This document shows positions 26,790-38,536 of a stretch of DNA of 64,000 bases, piece after piece. The stretch lies in contig CM120641.1 of the NCBI GenBank assembly GCA_051362555.1, forward strand, positions 2,480,001 through 2,544,000, in the 5' to 3' direction. Source of the DNA: Lingula anatina. Its lineage: Eukaryota > Animalia > Brachiopoda. The position numbers and the translations under genes were made by a program. Positions within the stretch are counted from its first letter, which is position 1, and every line of letters starts with the position of its first letter. The notes under the pieces were generated by a model. That model was not told where the DNA came from, did no database searches, and was given only the letters and a program-made list of their open reading frames with translations.

Positions 26790-26847
26790 TTGTGACGTCA
26801 TTTCCTCTAGTCCGGAAAACCACGCAACGACTCGTTGTGACGTCATT
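26790..26847 (+). promoter_or_regulatory. Two perfect palindromic CRE sites (TGACGTCA) plus an ETS-like CCGGAA, upstream of the repeat-protein gene
   Basis: TTGTGACGTCATT twice (cores 26793-26800, 26838-26845) in a locally CpG-rich stretch 80-130 bp before ATG 26923. Confidence 0.6.
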
Positions 26848-26922
26848 GCTATCATAGAAACCGCACTGTCGAAATGTAGATATGCGCGTATTCAAAATGT
26901 TGCAAAAAATAATGCAGAAAAT

Positions 26923-27655
26923 ATGCCTTCCTGGCTAAGAAGAGCCTGGAGAAGAGTCAGTTGTTGTTCTTCGGGTTCGACCCGAGTTATAGAGTTCAGG
27001 AGACCAGACTCCGTAACCGAGAACAATGAAAAACTGACACAGTAAGTATTGCTTTCCGTTGCTCTTACTAGAGACTCCGTATCTCCATATATTACGTTGC
27101 TTCATCACTCTCAATGCCTGAAAGTAATGAAAGGGTGCGTATTATATAAATATAACAAAGTTTATCTAACATCAATTCAATTATTATTTAGGCCCATTAA
27201 GTTGAAAGAAAATTAAGGTCAGGACAAAATCTTCGATATTTCACATTTGCCTGCTTTTCTCATAGTTCCGAAAAACATGCACTAGAGAACTTGCATACAA
27301 TGGATGTGTTAGATTTCTCGAATTTATCTAAGTAAAAAAGTTACAAATGCGGATCATAAATTTAGAAAAGGTGTAAATGGTGTAAATTAGCTTGCTTATA
27401 GCAACTTGGTGTTATTTCATTCAAACAAGAGGTCCTTCTGTACAAATTAAGCCGATATGATTTTAACCAAGATATCAACCACGTATGTACACATTTGCGA
27501 ATTTTTCCTATACCTTTCTTTTTGCTCTTTCCTTTTTATATATAATTAGTGTTTGAAAAAAGTTTTTATTTTTTCAAGAAAGAAAGTGACATGAAAAAAC
27601 ACGGCCGTGAGGGGCTAAACCTAACTTGCATGCCAGGCTAATTCTTTTTGCTCTG

Positions 27656-27732
<77 letters not shown>

Positions 27733-30700
27733 TTTATCGAAGATCAAATGATCTTAACGTTGTCAAATACATCTTTTAAAAAGAGCACAGAAATACAAAG
27801 AAAAGTATCAGTTATTTCCTATGTACAACTGGTATGAACATTTCGAGGCTTAATGATATTGTCTACTTTCGCCCAAAACTCCTTATTTACTGCCTTACGT
27901 ACATTCTTTTGGGAAATAGATAAATCTTCAGTATTCAGTGACTAAATTAGTTAACATTAACACATATGGCATCTTACGGGCAACGTCATAATTTCGATTT
28001 TGGGGTAAAAAATTGAAAAATCAGTTTCTCAAATTTCTTTATAATCTGAGCACCCAGGATCACCGTTTCAACGCCGATTTAATGACACCATTTAGTACTC
28101 TACAACCCTGCCAGCGATTTTTCTTAGAAGTTTTCGTTCAGATTTTAATCGTTGATAAAGCAAAATAATGTCTTTGTTTAATGAAAATCTGTAATTTGGC
28201 CCTCATAACACCATAACAAAAACATTTAAACCAAAATGACGGCAAGGAATTGTAGCCTATACATTCCCGGTAAACTCTGACAATTTTCATGATAAAATTT
28301 TGTTCAGGGATGAAGTTACGCCCCATACCGATTACTATCATATCTCAAAATAGAAAGGTGTTAAATTGATGATTTAAACTTTGAGCTGCCTATGCTTATA
28401 CATGTACATTGCAACGAATAATATAAATGCCGACATTTTACATTTTCGAGGGTTTTTTACTGTTTTAAATCAGCACAGAAATAGATACATTATTGAATAA
28501 TTAGATGCAGAAAAAACTTCATTTTCACTATCTGGATAATAATAAAGAGTTAGTTACAATATCCTCAATAAGAATTGCTACTTTTTTTTATTTTTGATTT
28601 TTTTGAAAGTTGTTTTATTTACTTTTATAGAAAACCTGTAGTTGATCCTTTGCCAGAGGTCGTCCCAGGTCTAGTACCATCCCCAGAACCTAGGACCCAG
28701 CAAAGTGAGAAACCAGAAGGTGAGGCTATCCCTCCACCGCCTCCCTCTAGAACACCTGAAACACCGGGAAATGCGTTCCCTACACAAACCATGGACACCA
28801 CCAGCGAGACTGTAGCGAGCGCAAATCTGCCCAGGGAGACCGAGGAAGAAGTTTCCTGTGGATCAAGTGGCAGTCCCGATGAAGTAGTCACCGTGTCTGT
28901 GTCCTTCACTGAAACCCATGCAGATGACGCTGGAAATCACATTGGACTAGAGGACACTTTTATGGCTGACGGGATGAGCGAGATAACCACAGCTTTTCAC
29001 GGTACCTCAGATATGTCACTGCCCACATTCATTGGACAGGAAGACATGAAGCAAATGGTGGAGGTACAGGTGCAAGCCGTTCACCAGACCACCTCAGGAG
29101 CCTGCACTGAGAGCAAATACAGCAGCTCACTTCAAGACGCTCCTGAGAAACCACAGCCAACAACCGTGATCTTTGTGTCACCTTACACCCCTGAGGAAGA
29201 TGACACATTGCCGACTCCTGTATCTAATGAAACACCAGGCCCCGTCAAAGTAGACGTGTCTGGTTCTCGATCTAAAGTCTCGCTTTCATGTGCCACTCAC
29301 AGTGGACCTGGGTGCATGAGACAAAACAGCGGCGCCAGCGACGCCATCATCCGTGAGGACCCGGCAGCCTACAGCTCTCCGAGCGACGTCTCTGTCCTGT
29401 CATACATCAGCGATACACCTAAGGCCCGTGCTTACATCAGCTCAAGTGCAACCTCCATCTTGGAGGTATGGGGCGAGGAGAAAGAGGTACCATCTCCCAA
29501 TTCAGCTGAACCTGGATCCAACATGGATAAACACGGAGTAATTTTTGACGAAATCATTCCCTTCCGCTGCCCATCTGACGACTCTCTTGTACCAAATACC
29601 GACAACACACCTGCAGTAGGACAGGGAATTCACACAATTGGGAGCACTATCTTTGAAGACAAAGTCATTCTTGACAAGGTTGTTCCCTTCCGCTGCCCAT
29701 CTGACGACTCTCTTGAACCAAATTCCGACAACGCACCTGCAGCAGGGCAAGGAATTGACTCAAGTGGGAACAATCTCTTTGAAGGAATCAGAAACGAGCA
29801 TCAGAATGAGAAAGAGGTCGCACTCCGAACACCGATTGCATCAAAGTCGCCCGATTCAGCTAAACATAGACCCAGCATGTATAAATATGACGAAGTCATT
29901 CTTGACAAGGTTGTACCCTTCCGCTGCCCATCTGACGACTCTCTTGGACCAAATACCGACAACGCACCTGCAGCAGGGCAGGGAATTGACTCAATTGGGA
30001 GCACTATCTTTAAAGACGACGTCATTCTTGACAAGGTTGTTCCCTTCCGCTGCCCATCTGACGACTCTCTTGGACCAAATACCGACAAAGCACCTGCAGC
30101 AGGGCAGGGAATTGACTCAATTGGGAACAATCTCTTTGAAGGAATCCGAAGCAAGCATCAGAATAAGAAAGAGGTCGCTCTCAGAACACCGATTGTATCA
30201 AAGTCGCCTGATTCAGCTAAACCTGGACCCAGGGTATATAAATATGACAAAGACACTGTTGACAAAATTGTTCCCTTCCGCTGCCCATCTTACGACTCTT
30301 TTGGACCAAATACCGGCAATGCACCTGTAGCAGGGCAGGAAATTGACTCAATTTGGAATACTATCTTTGAAGGAAACAGAAGTGAGCATCAGAATAAGAA
30401 AGAGGTCGCACTCGGAACACCGATTGTATCAAAGTCGTCTAGTTCACCTAAACCTAGATCCAACATGGATAAATATGGCGAAGTCAATATTGATAATATC
30501 GTTCGCTTCATACATCCATTTAATGATTCTCCTGGACCAAATACCGACAAGGCCGCTAAAGCAGCACAGGGAATTGATATGAAAGTCATTGTTGACAAAA
30601 TCATTCCCTTCCACTGCCCGTCTGACGACTCTCTTGGACCAAATACCAATAGCCCACCTAAAGCAGGACAGGAAATTGGATTATTTGGGGACACTCTCTT

Positions 30701-33152
30701 TGAAGGAATCAGAAGCGAGCATCAGAATAAGAAAGAGGTTGTGCTCGGAAAACCGATTGCAACAACGTCGCCTGATTTAGCTGAACTTAGATCCAACATG
30801 GATAAAAATGACGAAGTCAATATTGGCAAGGATGTTCCCTTCAAATACCTGTATCGATTTAATGATTCTCCTGGACCAAATGCCGACAACGCACGTAAGG
30901 CAGAACAGGAAATTGACTCAAGTGGGAACACTATCTTTGAAAACGAAGTCACATTTGACAAAATTGTTCCCTTCCGCTGCCCATCTGACGACTCCCTTGG
31001 ACCAAATACTGACAACGCACCTAAGTCAGGACAGGGAATTGACCCAAGTGGGAACACTGTCTTTGATATCGAAGTCACTGTTGACAAAATTGTTCCCTTC
31101 CGCTGCCCACCTGACGATTCTCTTGGACCAAATACCAACAACACACCTAAAGCAGGGCAGGAAATTGACTCAAGAGGGAAGACTGTCATTGAAGAAATCA
31201 AAAACGAGCATCACGGAACACCAATTGCATCAATTGCATCAAAGTCGCCTGCTCCAGTTGAGGCTGAGGTAGAGGAATCCAACAGCGACAAAACTGATAT
31301 CAGCATCAAAGAGGTCCTTGTTGCCTTCCACTGTCCATCTGAAGACTCTCCTGTGTCAGATATCAACAAGGCACCAAAACTAAGACCCGATATCAGCAGC
31401 AGTGATACCTCTATTGTAGAGGTAATCGGGGAAGTGGACACACACGTACATCAGGCCAATGAAACAAGAGTCGTGTCCATAATAATACCTAACATGCAAC
31501 AGTCGCCTGATTCACTTGAAGCTGAACAAGGATCCGACAGTGACAAAAGTGAATTAAGTATCCCCGAGGATCTTGATTCCTTCAGCTGTTCATCTGATTC
31601 TCGTGGGTCGAATACCAATAAAGCCCAGACATCAATACCCGACATAAGCCCAAGTGATACCTCTATTCCAGAGGAAATCGGGGAAATACAGGTGGACCAG
31701 AACAAAGCACCAAATATAAGACCCGATATTAGCACAAGTGCCACCTCTATCCCAGAGGATATAGGGGAAGTACATGAACATCGGTACGTGGATACGGGCG
31801 GTGGATCCAGGGTAAAACCCGCCGCATCCATGTTTCCAGATTCAGTTGAAGCCAAGGGTGGAAATTCTAGCGACAGAAGTGATTCAACCATCCCTGAAGA
31901 CCTTGCTGTGTTCAGCTGCTTGTCTGAGATTTCTGTTTTATCCAGCAGCAAAAAGACCTCAGTAACAAGACCAGACATCAGCACTAGTGAAACCTCCATC
32001 TCAGAGGAAATTTGTGGATCCTGTGAAAACGTCCAACATTATACGAAGACTGGTGTCGAGTCGCCTTTAACACCAGATGAATCGCACTTGCTTAATACTG
32101 TGAAAGCGGTGCCAGTGTCAGACAGCGACCTAAGCATTATTGAAGACATCGCTCCATACAGTTGTTTTTCTGAGACGTTCCTCTCGACTGGAATCAGACC
32201 AGTTACTGAAACATCGATTTTAGAGGAAATACACTCCAGCGTCTCATCGGAATCTAACCAGATTGAAACTGTTCACCAAGAAGAGAACAGCTTCCAAAAT
32301 GGCCGTGATAGAGCCACCAGCGTCATATCCCAACCTGAGGAAGAAATCGCCGTCGGAAACACAGCTTCCAGGGAAAACAGCAGCCCAAAATCTGTTTGTG
32401 GAACAGACTCTGATTCAAGTGTTTCTGAAATAGCTTTATCGCCGCCTTGTTCACAATCAATACTTAACCGTGGGGTTGTCCAATATGAACATTTCAGGTA
32501 AGAGTCTTATTTCTTATACATAACTATGATAAAGTGTTTGTAGATGCAGAACGGCGTGAAAATAAACATTTGATATTTTAATTCAACTTTTTATAGTATA
32601 TTTTGCTTCATCATGGTTTTATCTTTTAAAATTGGTGGTTAAATAATATTATATTTATTACTTTAAAGTTCAATGTGCAATACTAAAAGAGAGAATCAGT
32701 TGGGTTAAAAATGTTCGTTTTATATATCCAGATCGGGGGCCACCGCCCAGACTCCACCCACATTGGGCAACGCTCATTATAGTCAAGATTCAGGCATTGG
32801 GAGCAACCCTGCCTCGGCCCGCCGCACTGGCAAAGCCTCAAGTGGCTTCGTTATACCTCGTGCGTACAAAACTACGCAGCGTCTTCAGCAACGCCTTACA
32901 GCCAGTAACAACCACGTGACAGTCAAACCTCGAGCTGTCACACCAGCCCCCAATGGTGTAGAAAATAGGACATCTAGACGGACAAATGAGGGAAAGGGCA
33001 ATGAAACAAGGAAAGTGCCCAAAGGTTCTCGGCCTACCGCCGCACATCATCGTCGACGCCGTAAGAAACCAGCAACACCTGTACAGAATACAGCTAAGCG
33101 TGCTCGAGAAGCCTGGGGAGAAGAGGGCTATTTATCTGATTTCGAGGACTGA
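26923..33152 (+). CDS. Uncharacterised ~1468-aa acidic, low-complexity repeat protein (3 exons: 26923-27041, 28631-32497, 32732-33152)
   Basis: Exon 1 MPSWLRRAWRRVSCCSS...KLT-CA|gtaagt joins in phase to tttatag|A-AAA-CCT; 3867-nt open exon 2; AG|gtaaga joins in phase to ccag|A-TCG; stop TGA 33150-33152. Confidence 0.8.
27658..27729. repeat. (TA)n microsatellite, about 36 units
   Basis: Direct reading. Confidence 0.97.
29540..31250 (+). repeat. Coding tandem repeats: 126-bp (42-aa) and 231-bp (77-aa) units, core DKVVPFRCPSDDSLGPNTDNAP
   Basis: CTTCCGCTGCCCA at 29561, 29687, 29918, 30044 and onward; about 10 recognisable units plus diverged flanking copies. Confidence 0.92.
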
Positions 33153-34596
33153 AATTTCAATTTTACTACGTTTTTCTTTTTTTTTTTTTTGGGGGGGGGG
33201 GAGGGGGGTAAAGGTAGGGGGGGGTTGTACATATTTTTAATATTTTCATTGAGTTTTTTTAAATTAAAAACTTCACATTAAGATGCAATTAAATGGTCAA
33301 ATGATAAAAATGTATAATATGAGAAAAAAGTCATCGTAGAAAAAATTAACGGGAAAAAATCAAACATATCTTAAGAACAGATTATCCATCACTGCGCGAT
33401 TTTGATTTTCACTGATATACTGAATGTTTTAACCAATTAAATTTTAGCATGATCATGTCTTTCTTGCCTTAGGTAGTGCAATTTAAGTGCACTTAATACG
33501 GAAGACATCAAGTCTACAAAAGATACAGATTAGTAACATGCCCTTAAAAACAGAAGTGGTACTATTAATTGGCACTGATAGAGCTAGGTGTCGGAAGGAG
33601 TGAACTACATCCTGAATTAATTTGGGTAGGAGCGGTTCAGCCAGTCTCCCATCCCTTAAATTTCTTAACGTTGGCACTTCGAAAGAAGATATGAAACGAT
33701 CGTCTTCTGCTAGATTATTTAGAAAAGCATTCATATTAATGGTGTCACCACGCAGTTTTAGCTCTCTTAGTCAAACAAATATATATATTGACTATATGTA
33801 ACTCCTTGAAATTTTTGTCTTATTTTTTTACCTGTATTAGTTAGTGTAGACTCAACCTCATACATCAACAGATGAGGCATGTCGGTAAATGTTCACTTCA
33901 CTTGTAGCGGTTTACCTTAATGTTCCTTTCCCTAATCCTCATCTTTGGATAAAAGCTTTGAAATAAAAAAAAAATCTTCTATGCTTGACACACGACATGA
34001 ACTGTCGTTTGGGGTATTGAAGTAATGTGAGGACCACCGATTTATATCGATTTCTTTTAGCCAACTTTATCGACATATTGTACTGTTCAAACGTTTCGAT
34101 CATATTATTATTTTTGAGTAATAAAAAAGATAAAGCACTGTCGATCAACAGACAGGTCATGTGACACGTTCATTTCAGTATATTCCGCCTGTGTAGTAAA
34201 TGTTTTAAAATTGACCTGGAAGAAGAGCTTTATTTATTCTGGTTATTGTTGCACAGTGACGATGCATGGTAAGTAAAAGGGAAAGAGAAAGTACATGTAT
34301 GATAGCACAAAATCGTATTTATCCTATTTTGACTTTAATATATGCGTTGAACAACTTGAAAACACATGATGACTGTACAACAATATTTATTTTATCTTTC
34401 ATTTCACACTTCTGAAGTATTACAGTTATTACGTTCAATTGTTTAAGATATCAATTTTATCAAATATTGTTTTTATCTCTATATATAATAAAATAGTACC
34501 ACCAATAACACTGCAATGAATTACATTCACCAGTAAAGAAGTAGAGCACATAGATCAGGAATATTTAATATACGATGAAAAGTATTTGTAAATTTT

Positions 34597-34640
<44 letters not shown>

Positions 34641-36944
34641 ACCAGATAATAAATCACTTTTGTGTGAAGTGATTTTGGGAATATCGTAATTGTGTCAGGA
34701 GGAAAATGAACTGTTTTAGTCTCATCTGCCGGCAATATATAAAATCACCACAGGACGTCTTTAAGGTGAAATGATTTAAAAGTATTTTTGAGAATCTGAT
34801 ACTGCTAACAAAATAAGTAATGTACATGTATGTTACTTTTCATCATAGTACACTCATGGAAAATAATGAAACTATGCATGTATTACCACCTATACTGATG
34901 AATAAACAAAATGATAATATCGAATCGGTATTTCTTCTAGACTTTTGAATGACAACTGTCAAAGTGACAAACTGATATAAAAGACTAGAAGTAGGAGCAC
35001 AAACAGGGTAGACTTCCAATACTTCAAATAAGATCACCAATTAAGTGCCCCTTGGATTATAAAAAAAAAACTAACTTTAAAACCCTTTAAATAAAAATAT
35101 GCTTTATTTCTCAAGCACCACAAATATGCCTACTTTTCTCGTGAATAACATAATATTTTGTCTTGATAAATCATGACCAAATGCAGAGACCAAATTGCCC
35201 CGAGCCAAGTGGTCCAACTATAAGATGTGTTTGTCTTTGGATTGTGGCCATTTTGATGCTAGAATGAGCTACATGCTAACAAATGGACATTCAACTATGA
35301 AAATTGGGCGACAGAAATGAAAAGGCCAGACTAGGGAACAGAAAATCAAGAGAAAATAAACGCATGGAAAACGTCGCAATACATGCAGTTTCTATGTGAG
35401 CGATACCAGTGGCTATAGAACTCATAGCACTGTAAGAGAGAAGGCAGTTTGTACTTTGTTCAAAGATCGGCATGAAACGCTTTCAGCAAAGTCCATCTGC
35501 AGAATAATCTGCAACAGTATGCCCTTTAACAGTAACTTTTGCTTTGTAGGCATTAGTAAAATATCAATACGTTGTGTTAATCCAATGTTTAAAACAATGG
35601 TCTCGGAAAAAGAAAATGTTTGATTTTCAAATCTAAGTGAAAATAATATTTTATTTGATTTAATGATTTCAAATGCCACAAAATCAATCAAAGCCTGTAA
35701 GAATAGAAACTCCGACATTGGCATGCAGACCTTTTATCGTGTTATATAGCACGACAGACACCGATTGTGTTGAAATCGTGAATTGGATATCTGTTGTAGT
35801 TATATTTTAATTTTAAAATGTTATATATAATATATAATATTATAACATAAAAACCAAGATGTATTTAGGTCTAAATGTGTAATACAGTATATCTGCACGT
35901 CGAAGAATCAAAGTCAATCGCAAAAAATCATTATAGATTTTTTTAACTTTGTGGGCTCTGAAAATGGTTGTTTCTCCCCGTGTTTGTAATCTAAATATCA
36001 AAAATTTGAAAAAATATCATTCCAACTAATGTTTCGATGCATATTTTTTTTTTAATAAAGCGTCTTCAGTGTATTATGATGTTATTTTTCAGAGATGTTA
36101 AATAACATGTATTAATCGACCAGTTAATTTACTACTGTTTTTATAATTGTTTCATTCTACATGTATTTGACCAGTTCCTTGGAAGGAAAACTTGGATGTG
36201 CTTTGTAATTTATCTGGCACTCTTCTGATCAGCCTTTGATTGCGGCATGAGAAAAAAGGCATAGTAGAGACTGCTTTTAATATTTTAATGATTTGTCATT
36301 AAAATGTAAAATGCACAAAGAGCAGATTAAGCGTAAACTACATCTTTATTTTTACCCTGGTACATATATGAGATTGTTATGGAAACATTTTATGTATCTA
36401 GACAATAAAGCTTGAAATTACAATATAGGTCAATTGGCTATTTTGCATAGTCTAAAAGGATTCTCGTCCAGGCTAAAACGCATTTTGTAGAGGGCTAAAT
36501 CAGAACGGAATGTTTGTATTTTTAAATTCTTAAAAGTAATAAAAAAAGCTACAAGTGCTAGTGCAGTACATATCACATTTGCCACGCGTCTCAGGTGGTA
36601 CAATTAACAGTCAGGTAGTTTGATTGAGTCCAGCATTACCTCTTCCTTGACATGCTCCAACTATATATATATACTACTTTACGACTACTATACGTGTTCA
36701 TTTACATACCCATTCAATATATAGCGTACGGAATACAACAGTGATCTACATTTGGCATTCACTGATTTACTATATTCTGTTTGTAAGATGTATGGCTACT
36801 ATATTCATTGGGCACGTTCGTCAACAGAAAAAAGAAGCAACACTTCAAAATAATCAATTAATTGCAAGCAACGCTACTTAATCTTTATATAGACTAAGAG
36901 ATTTATGAACGTTTTTTTTATTCAATTGCATTTCAATATATGTA

Positions 36945-37727
36945 CTCCCCTAGCAAAAAAGGTGTCACCCCTACAGCAATTATGTACATTGCTACAAAGG
37001 TACTCATAGTTAAATGCTTCTATTGCATAGCAACTATGTACGACCGATGATCGTGTAAATTGGGAATGTGAGTAAAACAACGTTGAGCTACCTAGCGTAA
37101 CCACTAAAACACTCCAACACTAACATTTTTTAAATATGCGGTTCCTACATGTAAGTGTGAGGGATTCAGTTTTTCCAAGTGGTTGACATAGGAGGGAGTT
37201 TTGACCCGCCGAATTGCCACAAGGTTGGGTTAGTCCTTGATAATTAATCAGAGGATTACACAACATCATAACCTAACAGGCACAATGGGCAAGATTGCCT
37301 AGGTAAAGCCGACAGAAGGAAACCACACCAAGAGAAGAGAGAATGTCAGTACGCTTTCCTCGTAGAAAACGTTTCATGGCATAAAGGAAGGTGAATGGAT
37401 AACTAAGGTATAACTCTGCAAACAAAAAAATCTCATACTATCTTTGCACCGTGCTTGGAACGCCATCACTGTACAAACATTACATACCTTTTTGACTCTA
37501 CGCACCGAAACGTCAGATGTGTCCTCCGACCCACATGACTCTGTACAAAATACCAAAATGTGACTTTGATCTTTTCACTATGGTTAACTCATTCATTAAT
37601 TGTACAATCAGTAAATTTTTGTGAAAAACATCCCTTTATAAGTTGAATTAAGAACATTGGTTTATTACATGATTTTCTGTTTCAATTCACGCATTGCGTT
37701 AGGGGGGACACTTTTTTGCTAGGGGAG
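36945..37727. mobile_element. Non-autonomous Tc1/mariner-type element (copy A)
   Basis: TIR CTCCCCTAGCAAAAAA(G)GTGTC / GACACTTTTTTGCTAGGGGAG, TA target duplication on both sides; homologous to 46665-47588. Confidence 0.85.
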
Positions 37728-38300
37728 TATATATCTAATTATTTTCTAATTATTTTGTCAAATGATTGAATATCTTAATATAATATCTCAAAAGAACAAT
37801 AATAGGATCACATCAGTTGTCTTTCAAATTGTGACAGCTACCTCTTAATGTTCATTACCTCTTAAAAAAGTGACAGCTGGCGGAACATCGTGTCTGTATG
37901 TCCGGTGGATAAAAAAAGCGGGGAACCAGAGACTGATTTTTTTATCAAATGTTTCGTCTAAATTGTAATCCAATGGAATTAAACTTCACAGCCAAGAAAT
38001 TGTTCAAAGAGTACACTAAAAGCGAGCTCAATGACTTTGATTCAAAATGCTGGAGGGGAGGGTCCTGGAAGAGGCCAATTACGATGAACATTTTGCATTT
38101 TTGCAGAGGATCGACTTGTCGCTTTTACTGAGACAGTAAAACTTTTATCTGGTATATTTAGATATTTCAAAAAGAGTGATAGTGCATTGAGTTTAGCTTA
38201 ATTACGAGAAAAGAAACTTAAAACATTTTAGGAAATTAAGACAAAGTTCATGGCATCTTTTTTATCCATGCATATCATATACATGTATGTTTGTCACATT

Positions 38301-38536
38301 TTAGCACAGATAACGCTCAAAGTAAAAACCGTTTTTATTACGACTAAAATAATTACCCACACTCCCGTATAATATGCATTTTCCATCAGGAGAAAAAGGC
38401 ATTTTATAAAAGGTGACTGCTTTACAACCTTCAAAATAGGTACAATCTTCTTTGCACGTTTTAGCATCAAAGCGAAGGGTGGTAGTGATCTTGGAGTCTG
38501 GTGTACTGGCAAACCCCTTCTTCCAACAAGTTTTAC
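38301..38536 (-). CDS. Terminal exon of the convertase-like gene encoding a PAN/apple domain
   Basis: ttttag| phase 1; GKTCWKKG...TCKEDCTYFEGCKAVTFY...GKCILY...YFERYLC* (6 Cys in PAN spacing); not present in the ORF track. Confidence 0.8.

Noticed and set aside
27890-28410. Possible MITE in intron 1 of the repeat-protein gene
   Set aside because: No convincing terminal inverted repeats or TSD found
28575-28630. Hydrophobic start MLLFFIFDFF as a signal peptide of the 1308-aa ORF
   Set aside because: It is the intron polypyrimidine tract; the exon begins at 28631
28625-31999. Many antisense and alternate-frame ORFs over the giant exon
   Set aside because: Shadows of the repetitive coding frame; no independent splice or motif support
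38294-38512. ORF-track 72-aa minus ORF as a transmembrane tail of the convertase
   Set aside because: Wrong phase for the upstream donor; the phase-1 frame gives the 6-Cys PAN-like domain
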